Of a stretch of DNA of 33,543 nucleotides, positions 20,665 to 31,300 are shown in pieces. This DNA comes from Sandaracinaceae bacterium (GTDB taxonomy: Bacteria > Myxococcota_A > Polyangia > Polyangiales > JADJQN01), in contig CANKOL010000013.1 in the NCBI GenBank assembly GCA_947483975.1, forward strand, positions 1 to 33,543. The letters are read 5' to 3'. Position 1 is the first letter of the stretch. Each line of letters begins with the position of its first letter. Below the pieces are notes generated by a model. The model did not search any database and had not been told where the DNA came from. It saw only the letters and a program-made list of their open reading frames with translations. A program made the position numbers and the translations under genes.

Positions 20665-22094
20665 GGCCCCTCCACGGACGTCGCGACGCGCTGCAGCAGG
20701 TCGTTGACGACGGGCGGGATGTAGATGCCGAGCACGATCAGCGCCGCGAGAAAGACCATCTTCGGAAACGCGGAGAGGAACGTTTGGCGCGGCCAGGTGC
20801 TCTTCTGCTTGGGTTCGCCCCAGATCATCGGGAACACCGTACGTCCCGTCGCGACGAAGGTCATCGTGATGAGCACGCAGAACGCGGCGAACACGAACAT
20901 CTGATTGGAGCTCACGAGCGCAGACAAGATCAGGAGCTCGCCGAAGAAGCTGCCGAAGGGCGGAAAGCCGAGCAGCGCGAAGGTGCCGACCATGAGGAAG
21001 ATGCCGCTGTAGGGCAGGTCCTTGAGCAAGCCGGAGATCTGCCTCGTGTCCTTCGTCTGATAGTGGACCTCGATCTTGCCCGCCGTCAGGAAGAGGATCG
21101 CCTTGATGAAGGCGTTGCTGATGACGTAGAGGACGAGTCCATACGAGGCGCTCTTGCCGATGGCGAGCCCGATGGCGATGACGCCCGCGTGGTTGATGGA
21201 CGCATACGCCACGAGTCGTTTCATGTTCCGCGTCGCGATGATGCTGAACGTCGACACCACCATCGAGACGAGCCCCATCGACACGAGCTCGACCATGATC
21301 AGCGCGGGATGCGCAGGCCGAAACGCGTGCACCACCCGCAGGAGCAGCACCAAGGCAGCGTTGAATTGCACCGCGCCGAGGAGGGCAGTCACCGCCGGGG
21401 GCGCCTCGTCGTAGACCTCGGGGAGCCACGAGTACATCGGCGCGAGTCCGAGCTTGCCGCCGAGTCCGAGGATGACGAGCGCGACGCCGAGCTTGCCCCA
21501 AGGGTTCGCGGTGCTCGCGGCGACGGCGTCGAGTCGACCGAGGAAGAACGTCGGCTCCTGCCCGCCCGCCTCGAAGCCCCGCGTCAGGCAGACGAAGCCG
21601 AGAAACACGAGCGCGAGGGCGACGGACGAGAAGAGCAGATATCGCCACGAGGCGAGGCGCGAGGCCGCGACTCCGCGCCGGACGATCAGGGGCGCCGCGG
21701 CGAGCGTGGTCACCTCGAGCGCGATCCACAGGACCAAGAGATGATCGGCGATCAAGACGGCGTTCGTCGCCGCGAGAAAGACCAACGACAGCGCGACGAA
21801 GCGGCCCATCTCGTAGCGCAGCCCGGGCGCGGTCGTGACGCGATTCCACACGTAGGCGGACACGCCGAGGAAGATGGGATTGACGACCGCGAGAAAGAGT
21901 CGAGAGGTCGCGTCGACGCGTAGATAGCCGCCGAGGAGCGTGGCGCTCGCGGGCCATACGGCCTCGACGTAGGCGAGCACCGACGTGGCGAAGGTGACGG
22001 CGACGAGGAGCGCTGCTGCCCGCGCGCGCCCGCGGCGGAGCCCCAACACGAGCATCGCCGCGAGCGGCACGGCGACGAGGGCGAGGGACCTCAT
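20661..22094 (-). CDS. Antiporter-like membrane subunit (HyfF-like)
   Basis: ATG 22094 (ATGA overlap); polytopic; LWIALEVTTL, SWRYL, KLGLAPMYSWLPEVYDEAP, KRLVAYASINHAG, KAILFLTAG, GFPPFGSFFGE. Confidence 0.9.
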   Translation of the reverse strand: MRSLALVAVPLAAMLVLGLRRGRARAAALLVAVTFATSVLAYVEAVWPASATLLGGYLRVDATSRLFLAVVNPIFLGVSAYVWNRVTTAPGLRYEMGRFVALSLVFLAATNAVLIADHLLVLWIALEVTTLAAAPLIVRRGVAASRLASWRYLLFSSVALALVFLGFVCLTRGFEAGGQEPTFFLGRLDAVAASTANPWGKLGVALVILGLGGKLGLAPMYSWLPEVYDEAPPAVTALLGAVQFNAALVLLLRVVHAFRPAHPALIMVELVSMGLVSMVVSTFSIIATRNMKRLVAYASINHAGVIAIGLAIGKSASYGLVLYVISNAFIKAILFLTAGKIEVHYQTKDTRQISGLLKDLPYSGIFLMVGTFALLGFPPFGSFFGELLILSALVSSNQMFVFAAFCVLITMTFVATGRTVFPMIWGEPKQKSTWPRQTFLSAFPKMVFLAALIVLGIYIPPVVNDLLQRVATSVEGP

Positions 22095-22729
22095 AGCGTC
22101 GGTCCCTCCGACTCGGCAGGCGAGGTGCTGCTCTTCTCGTCGGTCGGCGTCAGCGTCGCGAGGTACCAGCGGAAGAACGCGACCGTCGCGAGGAACACGC
22201 AGATGAGCGCGACGTGCACGCCGAGGGACAGCTCGTGTCGAGCGTCCCCGAGCTCCAGCAGGGCGACGGCGTTCTCGAGGCGCAGCGCGCCGATCATCTG
22301 GCTGAACGGCCCCGACTGACTCGCCAGCACGAGGAAGCCGAGGAGCACTCCGGCGGTCGCCACCGCGACGAGCGTGCGCTCGTCTCCCGCCTCGCGGACG
22401 AGCTGCTCGGAGAACGTGAACGCGACGAGCACCAGCCCGAGGGCCAGAGTCCAGGACAGCAGATTGGGCGGGATCACGTCGTTGCGGGAGGGCGCATTGC
22501 GCCCGCGGAGCACGGCATAGAGCGCGAGCGGCGCGACGCCCCCCCGAAGCACGGCGAGCTCCCCGAGCGTCAGCCAATCTTCTGCCGTGCTCGGGTGTGG
22601 GTGCAGCCGATACGCGATCAGCGTCATCAGCAATCCCTGGCACGCGAGCCCGAGCAGGCTCGAGCGCCAAGTGGCGAGAAAGAGCGGGAGGATCAGCACG
22701 CCGAGGAGCGCGATCAGCAGCGGACTCAA
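22091..22729 (-). CDS. HyfE-like membrane subunit
   Basis: TTG at 22729 overlaps the upstream TGA (TTGA), with GGAGG 6 nt upstream; hydrophobic; QMIGALRLENAV motif; lies between the HyfC-like and HyfF-like genes. Confidence 0.8.
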   Translation of the reverse strand: MSPLLIALLGVLILPLFLATWRSSLLGLACQGLLMTLIAYRLHPHPSTAEDWLTLGELAVLRGGVAPLALYAVLRGRNAPSRNDVIPPNLLSWTLALGLVLVAFTFSEQLVREAGDERTLVAVATAGVLLGFLVLASQSGPFSQMIGALRLENAVALLELGDARHELSLGVHVALICVFLATVAFFRWYLATLTPTDEKSSTSPAESEGPTL

Positions 22730-23652
22730 GGGAGGCCTCCCGCGCGCCAAGCGGTCGCGAGCAGCGCCACCGCCCCCGACACGAGGGCGACGGCGATGTA
22801 CTTGGGCACGGTGCGCAGCTTCAGGCGGGCGATCAGCGACTCCACCGTCCCGAGGACGACCGCGAGGAGCGCGCAGAGCGCGAGGTTGGCGCTCGCCGAG
22901 AGGACGCTCGTCGTGCCCGCCCAGGGATTGAGCAGGGTCGCGAGGAGCGCGGCGCCGACGTACAGCTTGACGGCGGCGCCGTATTGAATCGCCGCGAGGT
23001 CGGGCCCGCTGTGATCGAGGATCATCACCTCGTGGATCATGGTCAGTTCGAGGTGCGTCGTCGGGTCGTCGACTGGCATACGCGCGGTCTCGACCTGCAG
23101 GACGATGAAGAGCGCGATCACGCCGCAAGCCCAGATGACGAGCGAACCGTCGCCGGCGCGCCAGTGCGGGGCTAGCGCCTCACTCAGGGTGTGAGTCCCT
23201 GCGCTGAGGCAGAGCGCTCCGATGACCAGGAATAGGGCCGGCTCGAGGAGCGTGGAGAAGGTCGCCTCGCGCGCCGCGCCCATCCCCTCGAAGGCGCTGC
23301 CGGTGTCGAGCGCGGCGAGCATGATGGCCACCCGACCGAGCGCCCACACGTACGCGAAGACGACGAAGTCGAAGGGAAACGAGGCGAGCGCGGCGGCGCC
23401 GAGGAGAGGCGTGACGACCGCCGAGCCGAGGGCGGTGATCAGAAAGACCCACGGCGCGATCCGGAACAACGGGGTCGTCGTAGTGCTGTATACGGACGTC
23501 TTGCGCAGGAGTCGAAGCGCGTCGTGCAGCGGCTGGAGCAGCGGTGGGCCTTTGCGTCCGGACCAGAGCGACTTGACGCGGTTGATCAGTCCCGTGAGCA
23601 GAAAGGGCATCACGAGGAGCGCGAGCACGTTCAGCAGGCGCGCGACTACCAC
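22726..23652 (-). CDS. HyfC/HycD (NuoH-like) membrane subunit
   Basis: GRKGPPLLQP, LDTGSAFEGMGAARE, ETARMPVDDPTTHLELTMIHEVMILDHSGPD, ESLIARL; GGAGG RBS. Confidence 0.93.
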   Translation of the reverse strand: MVVARLLNVLALLVMPFLLTGLINRVKSLWSGRKGPPLLQPLHDALRLLRKTSVYSTTTTPLFRIAPWVFLITALGSAVVTPLLGAAALASFPFDFVVFAYVWALGRVAIMLAALDTGSAFEGMGAAREATFSTLLEPALFLVIGALCLSAGTHTLSEALAPHWRAGDGSLVIWACGVIALFIVLQVETARMPVDDPTTHLELTMIHEVMILDHSGPDLAAIQYGAAVKLYVGAALLATLLNPWAGTTSVLSASANLALCALLAVVLGTVESLIARLKLRTVPKYIAVALVSGAVALLATAWRAGGLP

Positions 23653-25625
23653 GGTCGTCCGCCTCCGAGGAGCAGCGCCCCGATCAAGAAGAGCCCGATG
23701 AGGACGGCGGCAAAGGCGAAGCGCGGTTGTTCAGGGATGCGCTCCGAGGTGTGAGAGACGAAGTCTTCCCCTTGGCCGAGCACCTCGAACATCCGCTGTT
23801 CCACGGGGTCGGCGTGGTGGGTCGAGACGTGTCCGGACTGCTGCGGAAATAGCTCCGTCGGAAGCTGTTCGCGGCGCGCGGAGGGGAGGAACGACTCGAA
23901 CACGCGCACGAACTGCTCGGTGAAGCCGCTCGCGGTGTATTGCATTCGCGGTGAGGGAGCCGTGTAGCCGCAGCCCCACGTCGCGGTGCGTCGGGCGCGC
24001 CGTCCTTGCAGCCAGCGGATGAGGCCCGCGACGACGAGCAGCAGGGCGAGCGCGCGACTCGCCCACACGATGCCCTCGAGCGGCGCGAGCGCGGCGTCGA
24101 GGCTGCCGCCGACAGGGAAGAGCGCGATGGTCGAGCGGATCAGCGCGAGTCCGACCTGCGGCGCGAGGCCGACGAGGATGGCTCCTGCGGCGTGCAGCGC
24201 CATGGGCGTGAGCATCGTCGCGGGCGGCTCTTCGGCCGGGTGCACGCCCGCGTCGCGCGGGTTGCCGAGGAAGGCGATGCCGAAGGCGCGCGTCATCGAG
24301 AGGGCGCTGACCGCCCCGACGAAGGCGAGCACGGCGGCGACGGCGACGAGGGCCATGTTGGCCGACGCTGAGGGCGCGCTGCCGGAGAACAGCCCCGCGT
24401 AGATGACGAGCTCGCTGATGAAGCCGTTGAGGGGCGGCAGCGCCGAGATCGCGACGCCGCCCACGAGGAAGAGCGCGGCAGTCTGCGGCATGCGCTTGGC
24501 GAGCCCGCCGAGGCGCTCGAGGTCGATGGTGTGAGTCGCGCGATAGACGGCGCCGGCTGCGTAGAAGAGCAGGCACTTGAAGAGGGCGTGATTGAACAGA
24601 TGCAGCAGTCCGCCGACGAAGCCGCAGAGCGCGAGCGTGGGATTTCCCCAGCACCAGCCGAGGTAGCCGACGCCGAAGCCCATCGCCGCGATCCCGACGT
24701 TCTCCGTCGAGGAGTAGCCGAGCAGGCGCTTGAGATCGCGCTGCGTCGAGGTGTAGATCACCCCGAAGAACGCCGAGAGCGCGCCGAACGCGAGCACGCT
24801 CCAGCCCATCCACTCCTCGGGGCGCCCCATCAGGAGCGTGAAGCGGAGAAACGCGAAGAGCCCCGCCTTGTGGATCACGCCGGACATCAGCGCCGAGACG
24901 TGCGCGGGCGCCGCAGAGTGCGCGCGCGGGAGCCAAGTGTGGAAGGGGAAGAAGGCGGACTTCAGCGCGAACGAGGTGCCGAGCAGGATGAAGATGGTCG
25001 GGCGCGCAGGGGTAGCGTGCGCGAGGAACACGCCGAACGCGCCGAAGTCCATCGAGCCCGTCTTGCTGTGGAGGAGCATGAACGCGGCGACCAAGACGAA
25101 CAGTCCGACGTGCGTGGAGACGAGGTAATTGAAGCCCGCGAAGCGAATCTTCTGCTTCTGATAGTCCCAGATGACGAGGAGCCAGGCGGCGACGGCGGCG
25201 GTCTCCCAGCCGAGGAGGAAGACCAGCGCGTTTTGCGCAGAGTAGATCAGGACGAAGGACACCGAGACGAGGTTGAGCAGCCCGAAGTGCGGCCCTCCGT
25301 GTCGGCCTTTCGCGAAGTACGGTTCGAGGTAGCCGACCGCGTAGATGGTCCCGAGCAGCGTCATCGGGAGCGACCACGCGAGGAAGAACGCGCCGAGACC
25401 GTCGATGCGGAACGCGATCTCGTCGATCGGTGGGGGCCACGGCCAACTCATCACGAGCGTCGGGCCGCCGCGCAGCACGCCCGCGATCCCCGCGAGCACG
25501 AGCACCGAGGCAATCCCCTGCGTCACGACGGCCACCGCTGCGGCGGCGCGGTTCGAGCGCAGCCCGAGCGCCAAGGCGGCGCCGAGCAGCAGAACGGGCA
25601 GGCTGAGAAGGACCGACGTCAGCAC
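23646..25625 (-). CDS. Antiporter-like membrane subunit (HyfB/HycC-like)
   Basis: Likely GTG start at 25625; FLLGWE, KSAFFPFHTWLPRAHSAAPAHVSALMSG, DLKRLLGYSSTENVG, NHALFK, LPPLNGFISE, TWGCGY, MQYTASGF. Confidence 0.92.
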   Translation of the reverse strand: MLTSVLLSLPVLLLGAALALGLRSNRAAAAVAVVTQGIASVLVLAGIAGVLRGGPTLVMSWPWPPPIDEIAFRIDGLGAFFLAWSLPMTLLGTIYAVGYLEPYFAKGRHGGPHFGLLNLVSVSFVLIYSAQNALVFLLGWETAAVAAWLLVIWDYQKQKIRFAGFNYLVSTHVGLFVLVAAFMLLHSKTGSMDFGAFGVFLAHATPARPTIFILLGTSFALKSAFFPFHTWLPRAHSAAPAHVSALMSGVIHKAGLFAFLRFTLLMGRPEEWMGWSVLAFGALSAFFGVIYTSTQRDLKRLLGYSSTENVGIAAMGFGVGYLGWCWGNPTLALCGFVGGLLHLFNHALFKCLLFYAAGAVYRATHTIDLERLGGLAKRMPQTAALFLVGGVAISALPPLNGFISELVIYAGLFSGSAPSASANMALVAVAAVLAFVGAVSALSMTRAFGIAFLGNPRDAGVHPAEEPPATMLTPMALHAAGAILVGLAPQVGLALIRSTIALFPVGGSLDAALAPLEGIVWASRALALLLVVAGLIRWLQGRRARRTATWGCGYTAPSPRMQYTASGFTEQFVRVFESFLPSARREQLPTELFPQQSGHVSTHHADPVEQRMFEVLGQGEDFVSHTSERIPEQPRFAFAAVLIGLFLIGALLLGGGRPW

Positions 25626-25774
25626 GGAGTTGTCTCTGTGCGTCGCGTGGCTGCGGGCGCTCGCAGAGAGCGTCCGGTGGGCCGCGTTGGCGCGCACGTC
25701 CGGACTACCACGGCGGTGCGGAGCGGGCGAGTTTGAGGCGCCGAATTCTGCGAAAACACGGACGTAGCGCGGGC

Positions 25775-28270
25775 TCAGCGCACCTCGACGTGGGTCGCGG
25801 TCATCGAGCGGAGGCTGAGCGCGAGCTCGCTGCCTTCGCGCGCCCAGCAGACGCCGTCACAGCCGGCGGCGACGGTCGCGAGGTCTGCCGCGGGGGCGAT
25901 GGCGATGCCGTCGGCGGTGACCGACGCGACCGTGGTCAGGGGCGTCGAGGCGCGGTCGAGCAGGACGCGCAGGCGCAGGTCGTGCACCGTCGCCGTCGCG
26001 CTCACCGCGTAGTCGACGTCGACGCCCGCGGCGGTCCGCTCGACGGTGAGGGTGACGCCCTCCTCGGTGGTGATGGTGTGTCGCTCGGCGGGGAAGGAGA
26101 GCGCGCGCAGGAACGGGCGATCCATGCGATCGACGATGGCTGGGTCGTCGACGGGGACGAGCGTGTCGACGTCCGCGGGGAGCAGCGGCACGAGCGCGCC
26201 TTGCCGCACGAGGACGGGAGGCTGCCCGATGGGCGCGTCGACGGTCACGACGCTCGGCCCCGTGAAGCGCTCACCCGTGAACCAATGAAACCAAACGCCG
26301 GGCGGCACATGCACCTCGCGCGTGGTCGCCCCCGGGACGGTGACGGGCGCGACGAAGAGGTCATCGCCGAGGACATAGGCATACGGATCGACGCGCGAGC
26401 CGAGGTCGCGCGGATATGCGAGCGCGGGGTGCGCGACGGGCGGCTGCCCGGTCGCCGAGGCGCGCAGCGCGTACATCCGAAAATACGGCACGAGGTCCAT
26501 GTGGGCGCGAGAGAGGCGCTGGTAGATGGCGCCGGCGTCGGCGTCGTAGAGCCAGGGATTGTGGTGATCGCCCGCGCCGCCAAGCTGCAAGAAGGGCGTG
26601 AACGCGGTGTGCTCGGCCCAGCGCAGGAGCACCTCGCGCGTCGGCATTCCGCCGCGATAGCCGCCGGTGTCGGACGCAAAGCTCGGAAAGCCGCTCGCCG
26701 CGAGCGAGACGAGCGAGGTGACCGCCGCGGGGAGCCCGCCGACCTCGCCGTCGAGTCCTTCGCGCAGGTCGTTGTCGAGGTCGCCGGGCCAGATGATGTC
26801 CGCGACGGCTTGGCCGCCCCACGCGGAGGCGCGCACGAGCAGAAAGCCGCCGTCGGGCGAGGCCTCGTCGAGCGCGCGCCGATAGGGCTCGTGATAGAGG
26901 ACGTTGTAGAGGTTGTGAGTCTGTCGCTCGCTCGTGCCGTCGGAGAAGCGCAGGTTGATGCGCGAGCCGAGCATCTGCACGAGGACGTCCTCGCCGTAGT
27001 CGAGCTTGAACGCGCGCGCGCCGTGCCCGATCAGGGTCTTGATGCGGCCCTTCCAGAACTCGATGGTCGCCTCGTTGGTGAAGTCCAACATCCCACCGGG
27101 CTCGCCCGGAGCGCTCGGCGCGATGAACGGACCGCCGCCCGGGCGCTCGATGAAATACCCCGCATCGCGCGCCGCGATGAAGAGTCGCTCCGCCTCGTTG
27201 GTGGGAGTCGCGCCGGAGTCGACGGCGTCGAGATAGGGAGTGCTCCAAAAGAGCACCATGTAGCCGCGCGCCCGCAATTCTGCGAGAAACGCGTCGGGAT
27301 TGGGGAAGCGCGTCTCGTCGATGACGAGATCGTTGTAGGAAGTCTGCCAGGGATTATCGATCCAGAAGGTCGTACACGGCACATCCTCGGTGCGGATTCG
27401 CAGAGAGTCCTCGCGCGCCACGTCCTCGCTGTTCCACTCGTTGCGCCAGTGCATCGGCGCAGAGGCCCAATACGGTGGCAGGCGCGGGAGCGCCGTGTCG
27501 CGGGAGTATTTGGCGACGACCTCGCCGGGGTCGGGATCGACGTAGAAGTCGAGCTCGAGGTCGCTGCCCTCGAACGTCGCGCGCAGCTCGTCGGGTTTGG
27601 TCGCCGCGACGTCGAAGGCGCCCGCCTCGCGCGTGCGGGCGAAGACGCCGTAGCCCTCGGTGGACACCACGAACGGCACCGGGACGTGGTGCTCGTTGAG
27701 CCCGCTGCTCGTGCCGCCGAGCGCGAATTGCATCGGGACGATCGAGCCGCGCGCGTCGGCGTGCCCGTGGCGCTCGCCGAGCCCGTGATAGGCGCCGTCG
27801 TCGCTCGCGAAGCGCGCGCGCACGAGGGCGACGTCGGTGACGGACGGGTCGCGCACGACGTGGAGCTTGAAGACGCCGGGCGCCGTCGCGGTCACGGTCA
27901 GCGTCGCGCGCCGACCTTCGTCGTCCGAGACGATGGCGCTCGTCGCGTCGAGCGCGGTGACGCCCAAGCTGAGCGCGTGAAAACGCACGCCGGGTGGGTT
28001 GGGCGCGAGCGGGTCGTGATAGCGCGCGTCGCCGCCGGGCGTGACGCCCCACTCGAGCGCTCCTGCGAGCGCGCTCGTCAGCACCGCGGTCCCGTCGGGG
28101 CGCTCGATGCGCAGGCGCAGCGGGTCGGTGTCGAGGACGAGCGCGCCCGAGTCGTTCGCCGCCCGGAGCGTGAGCGGTGTGGGCGTGCGTCCTGCGTCGG
28201 GGGCGACGGCGTCGTCGTCGCCGCAGCCGAGGAGAGCGCACGAGAGGAGCATCGCGAGGGCTATGCGCAT
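25775..28270 (-). CDS. Glycoside hydrolase family 31 lipoprotein (alpha-glycosidase)
   Basis: Lipobox LLG-C; GLGE, VPF, WIDNPW, RFPNP, DFTN, GARAFKLDYGE (nucleophile Asp), WPGD (acid/base Asp), SDTGGY, LLRW, LGDDLFVAPV. Confidence 0.92.
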   Translation of the reverse strand: MRIALAMLLSCALLGCGDDDAVAPDAGRTPTPLTLRAANDSGALVLDTDPLRLRIERPDGTAVLTSALAGALEWGVTPGGDARYHDPLAPNPPGVRFHALSLGVTALDATSAIVSDDEGRRATLTVTATAPGVFKLHVVRDPSVTDVALVRARFASDDGAYHGLGERHGHADARGSIVPMQFALGGTSSGLNEHHVPVPFVVSTEGYGVFARTREAGAFDVAATKPDELRATFEGSDLELDFYVDPDPGEVVAKYSRDTALPRLPPYWASAPMHWRNEWNSEDVAREDSLRIRTEDVPCTTFWIDNPWQTSYNDLVIDETRFPNPDAFLAELRARGYMVLFWSTPYLDAVDSGATPTNEAERLFIAARDAGYFIERPGGGPFIAPSAPGEPGGMLDFTNEATIEFWKGRIKTLIGHGARAFKLDYGEDVLVQMLGSRINLRFSDGTSERQTHNLYNVLYHEPYRRALDEASPDGGFLLVRASAWGGQAVADIIWPGDLDNDLREGLDGEVGGLPAAVTSLVSLAASGFPSFASDTGGYRGGMPTREVLLRWAEHTAFTPFLQLGGAGDHHNPWLYDADAGAIYQRLSRAHMDLVPYFRMYALRASATGQPPVAHPALAYPRDLGSRVDPYAYVLGDDLFVAPVTVPGATTREVHVPPGVWFHWFTGERFTGPSVVTVDAPIGQPPVLVRQGALVPLLPADVDTLVPVDDPAIVDRMDRPFLRALSFPAERHTITTEEGVTLTVERTAAGVDVDYAVSATATVHDLRLRVLLDRASTPLTTVASVTADGIAIAPAADLATVAAGCDGVCWAREGSELALSLRSMTATHVEVR

Positions 28271-28282
28271 GGCGGGATGATA
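28271..28282 (-). promoter_or_regulatory. Candidate -10 element for a leaderless GH31 transcript
   Basis: Minus strand reads TATCAT-CCCGCC-ATG; no Shine-Dalgarno before the ATG. Confidence 0.4.
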
Positions 28283-28337
28283 GCCGCTGTGCGCGGAGCC
28301 CTGCGTGGTTCTCAGCGTGGGTGTCTCATCACTCGTG

Positions 28338-31300
28338 TCAGCGCGTGATGGTGACGCGCTCGACGGTGCCAGCGCCGTGCACTTCCGGGTCGTACATGGC
28401 CTCGGCGCTCAGCGCCGGTCGGAGGAACTCGCCGCTGCGGGTCGCGCGCGCCAGGTATTCGGCGGTGTGCGTGCCGGCCGAGAGGCGGTCGGCAAAGTAG
28501 GCGACGCGCTCGTCGTGCAGCTCGCGCCAGGTCCACGTCCAGTCGTCGCCCGCGGTCTGCACGCGGCGCTGCTCGGTCTCGAGGTTGGTGTCGATCGGCT
28601 CGAGCCCAGCGGGCAGGCGATCGGTGAGCGCGACCTGCTCGCGGTCGGCGGTCGAGGTGACGCTGAGCCGCACGCGCAGGAGCTGACCGAGGTGCGGGCT
28701 CGTCACGACGGCGCCGGTGTCGGCGTCGAGGAGCGTGCGAGAGACGCTGAGCCCGCTCGACTCGGCGGCCTGATGCGCGAGATCCGTCGCGTAGCGCAGG
28801 CGCGCGGACCAGCGCACGCCGGCCTCGTGCGGCGCGACGAGCTCGAGGTGCCGCGGGCGTCCGTCGGCCGAGTAGAGCGCCGCGTACGGCACGCTGACGC
28901 GCTCGACCAGCGTGTGCGCGCCGATGCGCGTGCGGGCGACCTCGCGGCCGTCGAGGCGCACGATCACGGTCGTGCCCTCGGCGCTCTTGTGCGCGCTGTC
29001 CGCGTAGGTCGAGAGCGCGTAGAGCGCCCACAGATTGTTGTAGGTCGTGCCCCACGAGCCATCGGGGCGGCGCTCGGCGAGGATGCCCGCGACGAGGTCG
29101 CTCGCTTGGTCGGTCTTGCCCGCGGCGACGAGCGCCTGCACCGCGCTCGAGGTCGCGCGCAGATCGCGGCCGAAGCTCATGAAGTCCGTGTTGGCCGAGG
29201 GGTCGTGCACGAGCACCCCGCCGCCGCTGCGAGCCGCGCGCGCGCGATCGAGCTCGCCGAGGAGCGCGTCCGCGTTCGCCTCGCGCCGCTCGAGGGCGCT
29301 CGCGAGGAGGCCGAGGCCGAAGCGGCTGAGCGCTGCGCGCTGACCGTTGAGCTGCGCGCCGAGGCCGCCGTCGCTCTGCCGCGCGTAGGCGAGCACGTAC
29401 GCCGCGAAGGGCGCCGTCTCGGCCGTCGAGAACTGCCCGTGCATGTCGTCGCCCTGCGTCGCGTGCTGCGCGAGGTACGCGATGGCAGCGGTGACGCGCG
29501 GCTGCGGGACCTCGTAGCCATGATCACGCGCCGTGAGCAGCCCCCAGAGCGCGTACGCGGTGAGGAAGCCCTCGCTGTCGCTCGTCGGCCAGAGCCCGAA
29601 GCCGCCGTCGTCGTTCTGATGCGCGAGCACGTGCACGATGGACGCGTCCATCAGCCGGCGGTGCTCCGCGCCGTCGAAGCGCGTGCTGCCGAGCCCGCGC
29701 ATCAGGTCCTCGAGCAGCACCATCGGGATCAGGCGCGAGGTCGTCTGCTCGACGCAGCCGTTCGGGTATTCGATCAGCGAGCCCAGCCCCGACTCGATCG
29801 ACGCGAGCACCGTCGGCGAGTAGGTGACGACGAGCTCCGCGAGCCCCGGCGCGACGCCCGCGGGCAGCGAGATCTCGGCGCTCGCGGTGCCGTCGACGAC
29901 GCCGTCGCCGAGCTGCTTCGACTGCCAAGTCGTCGGCGCGTACGCGGGCAGCGTCAGCTCGAAGCCGTCCTGCTCCGTGCCCTTCGTGACGCGCGCTCGC
30001 ACCACCACGTCGCCGACGCTCGTCGCTCGCAGCGACACGCGCACGGGAAGCTGTGCGCCCGCCGGCACGCTCACGCGCTGCACGGCGTCGCCCGCGACCT
30101 CTGCGCCCGTGACCTCGAAGCGCACCTCGACGAGCCCATCGCTGCCCGTGTCGTTGTGCACGACGACGCCCGCCTCGACGAGATCGCCCTGCGTGAAGAA
30201 GCGCGGCAGCGACGGCGTGACCTGCAGCGGCTTCGACGCGCGGATGCTCGTCTCGCCCTTGCCGAAGCGCTCGCCCTCGTCCGCCGCGGCGGCCATCACG
30301 CGCCAGCGCGTGAGGTTGTCGGGCAGCGGGAAGCGCACGCGCGCCTCGCCGTTCGCGTTCGTCACGACGGGCACCGAGAAGAACGCCGTCGAGAGAAAGC
30401 GCGAGCGGAGCGCGGCGCTCTCGGAGTCGCCGGGTCCGCCGTCGCCGACGCCGCTGTCGTTCCAGGTGCCCGGGAGATGCGAGCTCCACTGCGTGAAGTT
30501 CGACGACGTCTCGACGGCGTGCGGATGCGCGGCGTAGGCGGGCGCGAACGGGTCGGGCGTCGCGTAGCCGGTCAGCGCGAGCACGCCCTCGTCGGCGGCC
30601 CAGACGGTGACCTCCGCGCGCACCGGGTGACCCTCCGCGTCGCGCACGCGCACGCCGACGTCCGCGGTGTCGCCGGGGCGGAGCCCGTCGCGTCGCGGCG
30701 TCAGCTCCACCGAGAGGCGTCGCGCGTCGGCGCTCACCTCGAGCGTCGCGTAGCCGACCTTCAGCGGTGCGCCCGACACGGGAGCCGCGCCGCCCGCGCC
30801 GCGCGGCACGAGCGCGACGCCGACGTAGACGTTGGGCACATGGCCTTCGCGCACGGGCACGTCGAGCGGCGTGCTCGCGCCGCGCAGCGCGACGACGTGC
30901 GCGTCGAGGATGCCCTCGCGCTCCGTCGTGACGAGCGCGGTCGCTTGCTCGTAGGGCGAGGCGACGACGAGGTGCGCGACGTCGCCGGGCGCATAGCTCG
31001 GGCGATCGGGGCGCACGTCCACGAGCGAGTCGTTGCGCGCGGGACCATAGAAATCCTGGCCGCCGTACGCCCACACGCTCGCCGAGGCGACGCCCGTCGC
31101 GCCCGCCGCGCGCACGTCCACGCGGTACTCGCCGCCGCCCGGCACGGCGAAGTGCACGCGCAGAGGCGCTGCGCCGCTGGTCAGCTCCTTCGTCTCGACG
31201 ACGCGGTCTTCGTAGCGCCCGCCGTAGCTCGGGCCGTCCTCGCCCTCTTCTGCGGCGCTCACCCAGGTCTGCCGCACGAGCGAGGCGACGAGCGCTTGGC

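Noticed and set aside
19192..23128. Long N-terminal extensions of the Ehr ORFs in the ORF track (starts at 20422, 21957, 22670, 23128)
   Set aside because: They overlap upstream genes. The true starts are at the stop/start overlaps 19195, 20664, 22094 and 22729.
25626..25774. Fluoride (crcB) riboswitch ahead of the hyf-like genes
   Set aside because: The GGCGATGG...CTGATG-like consensus could not be found by eye.
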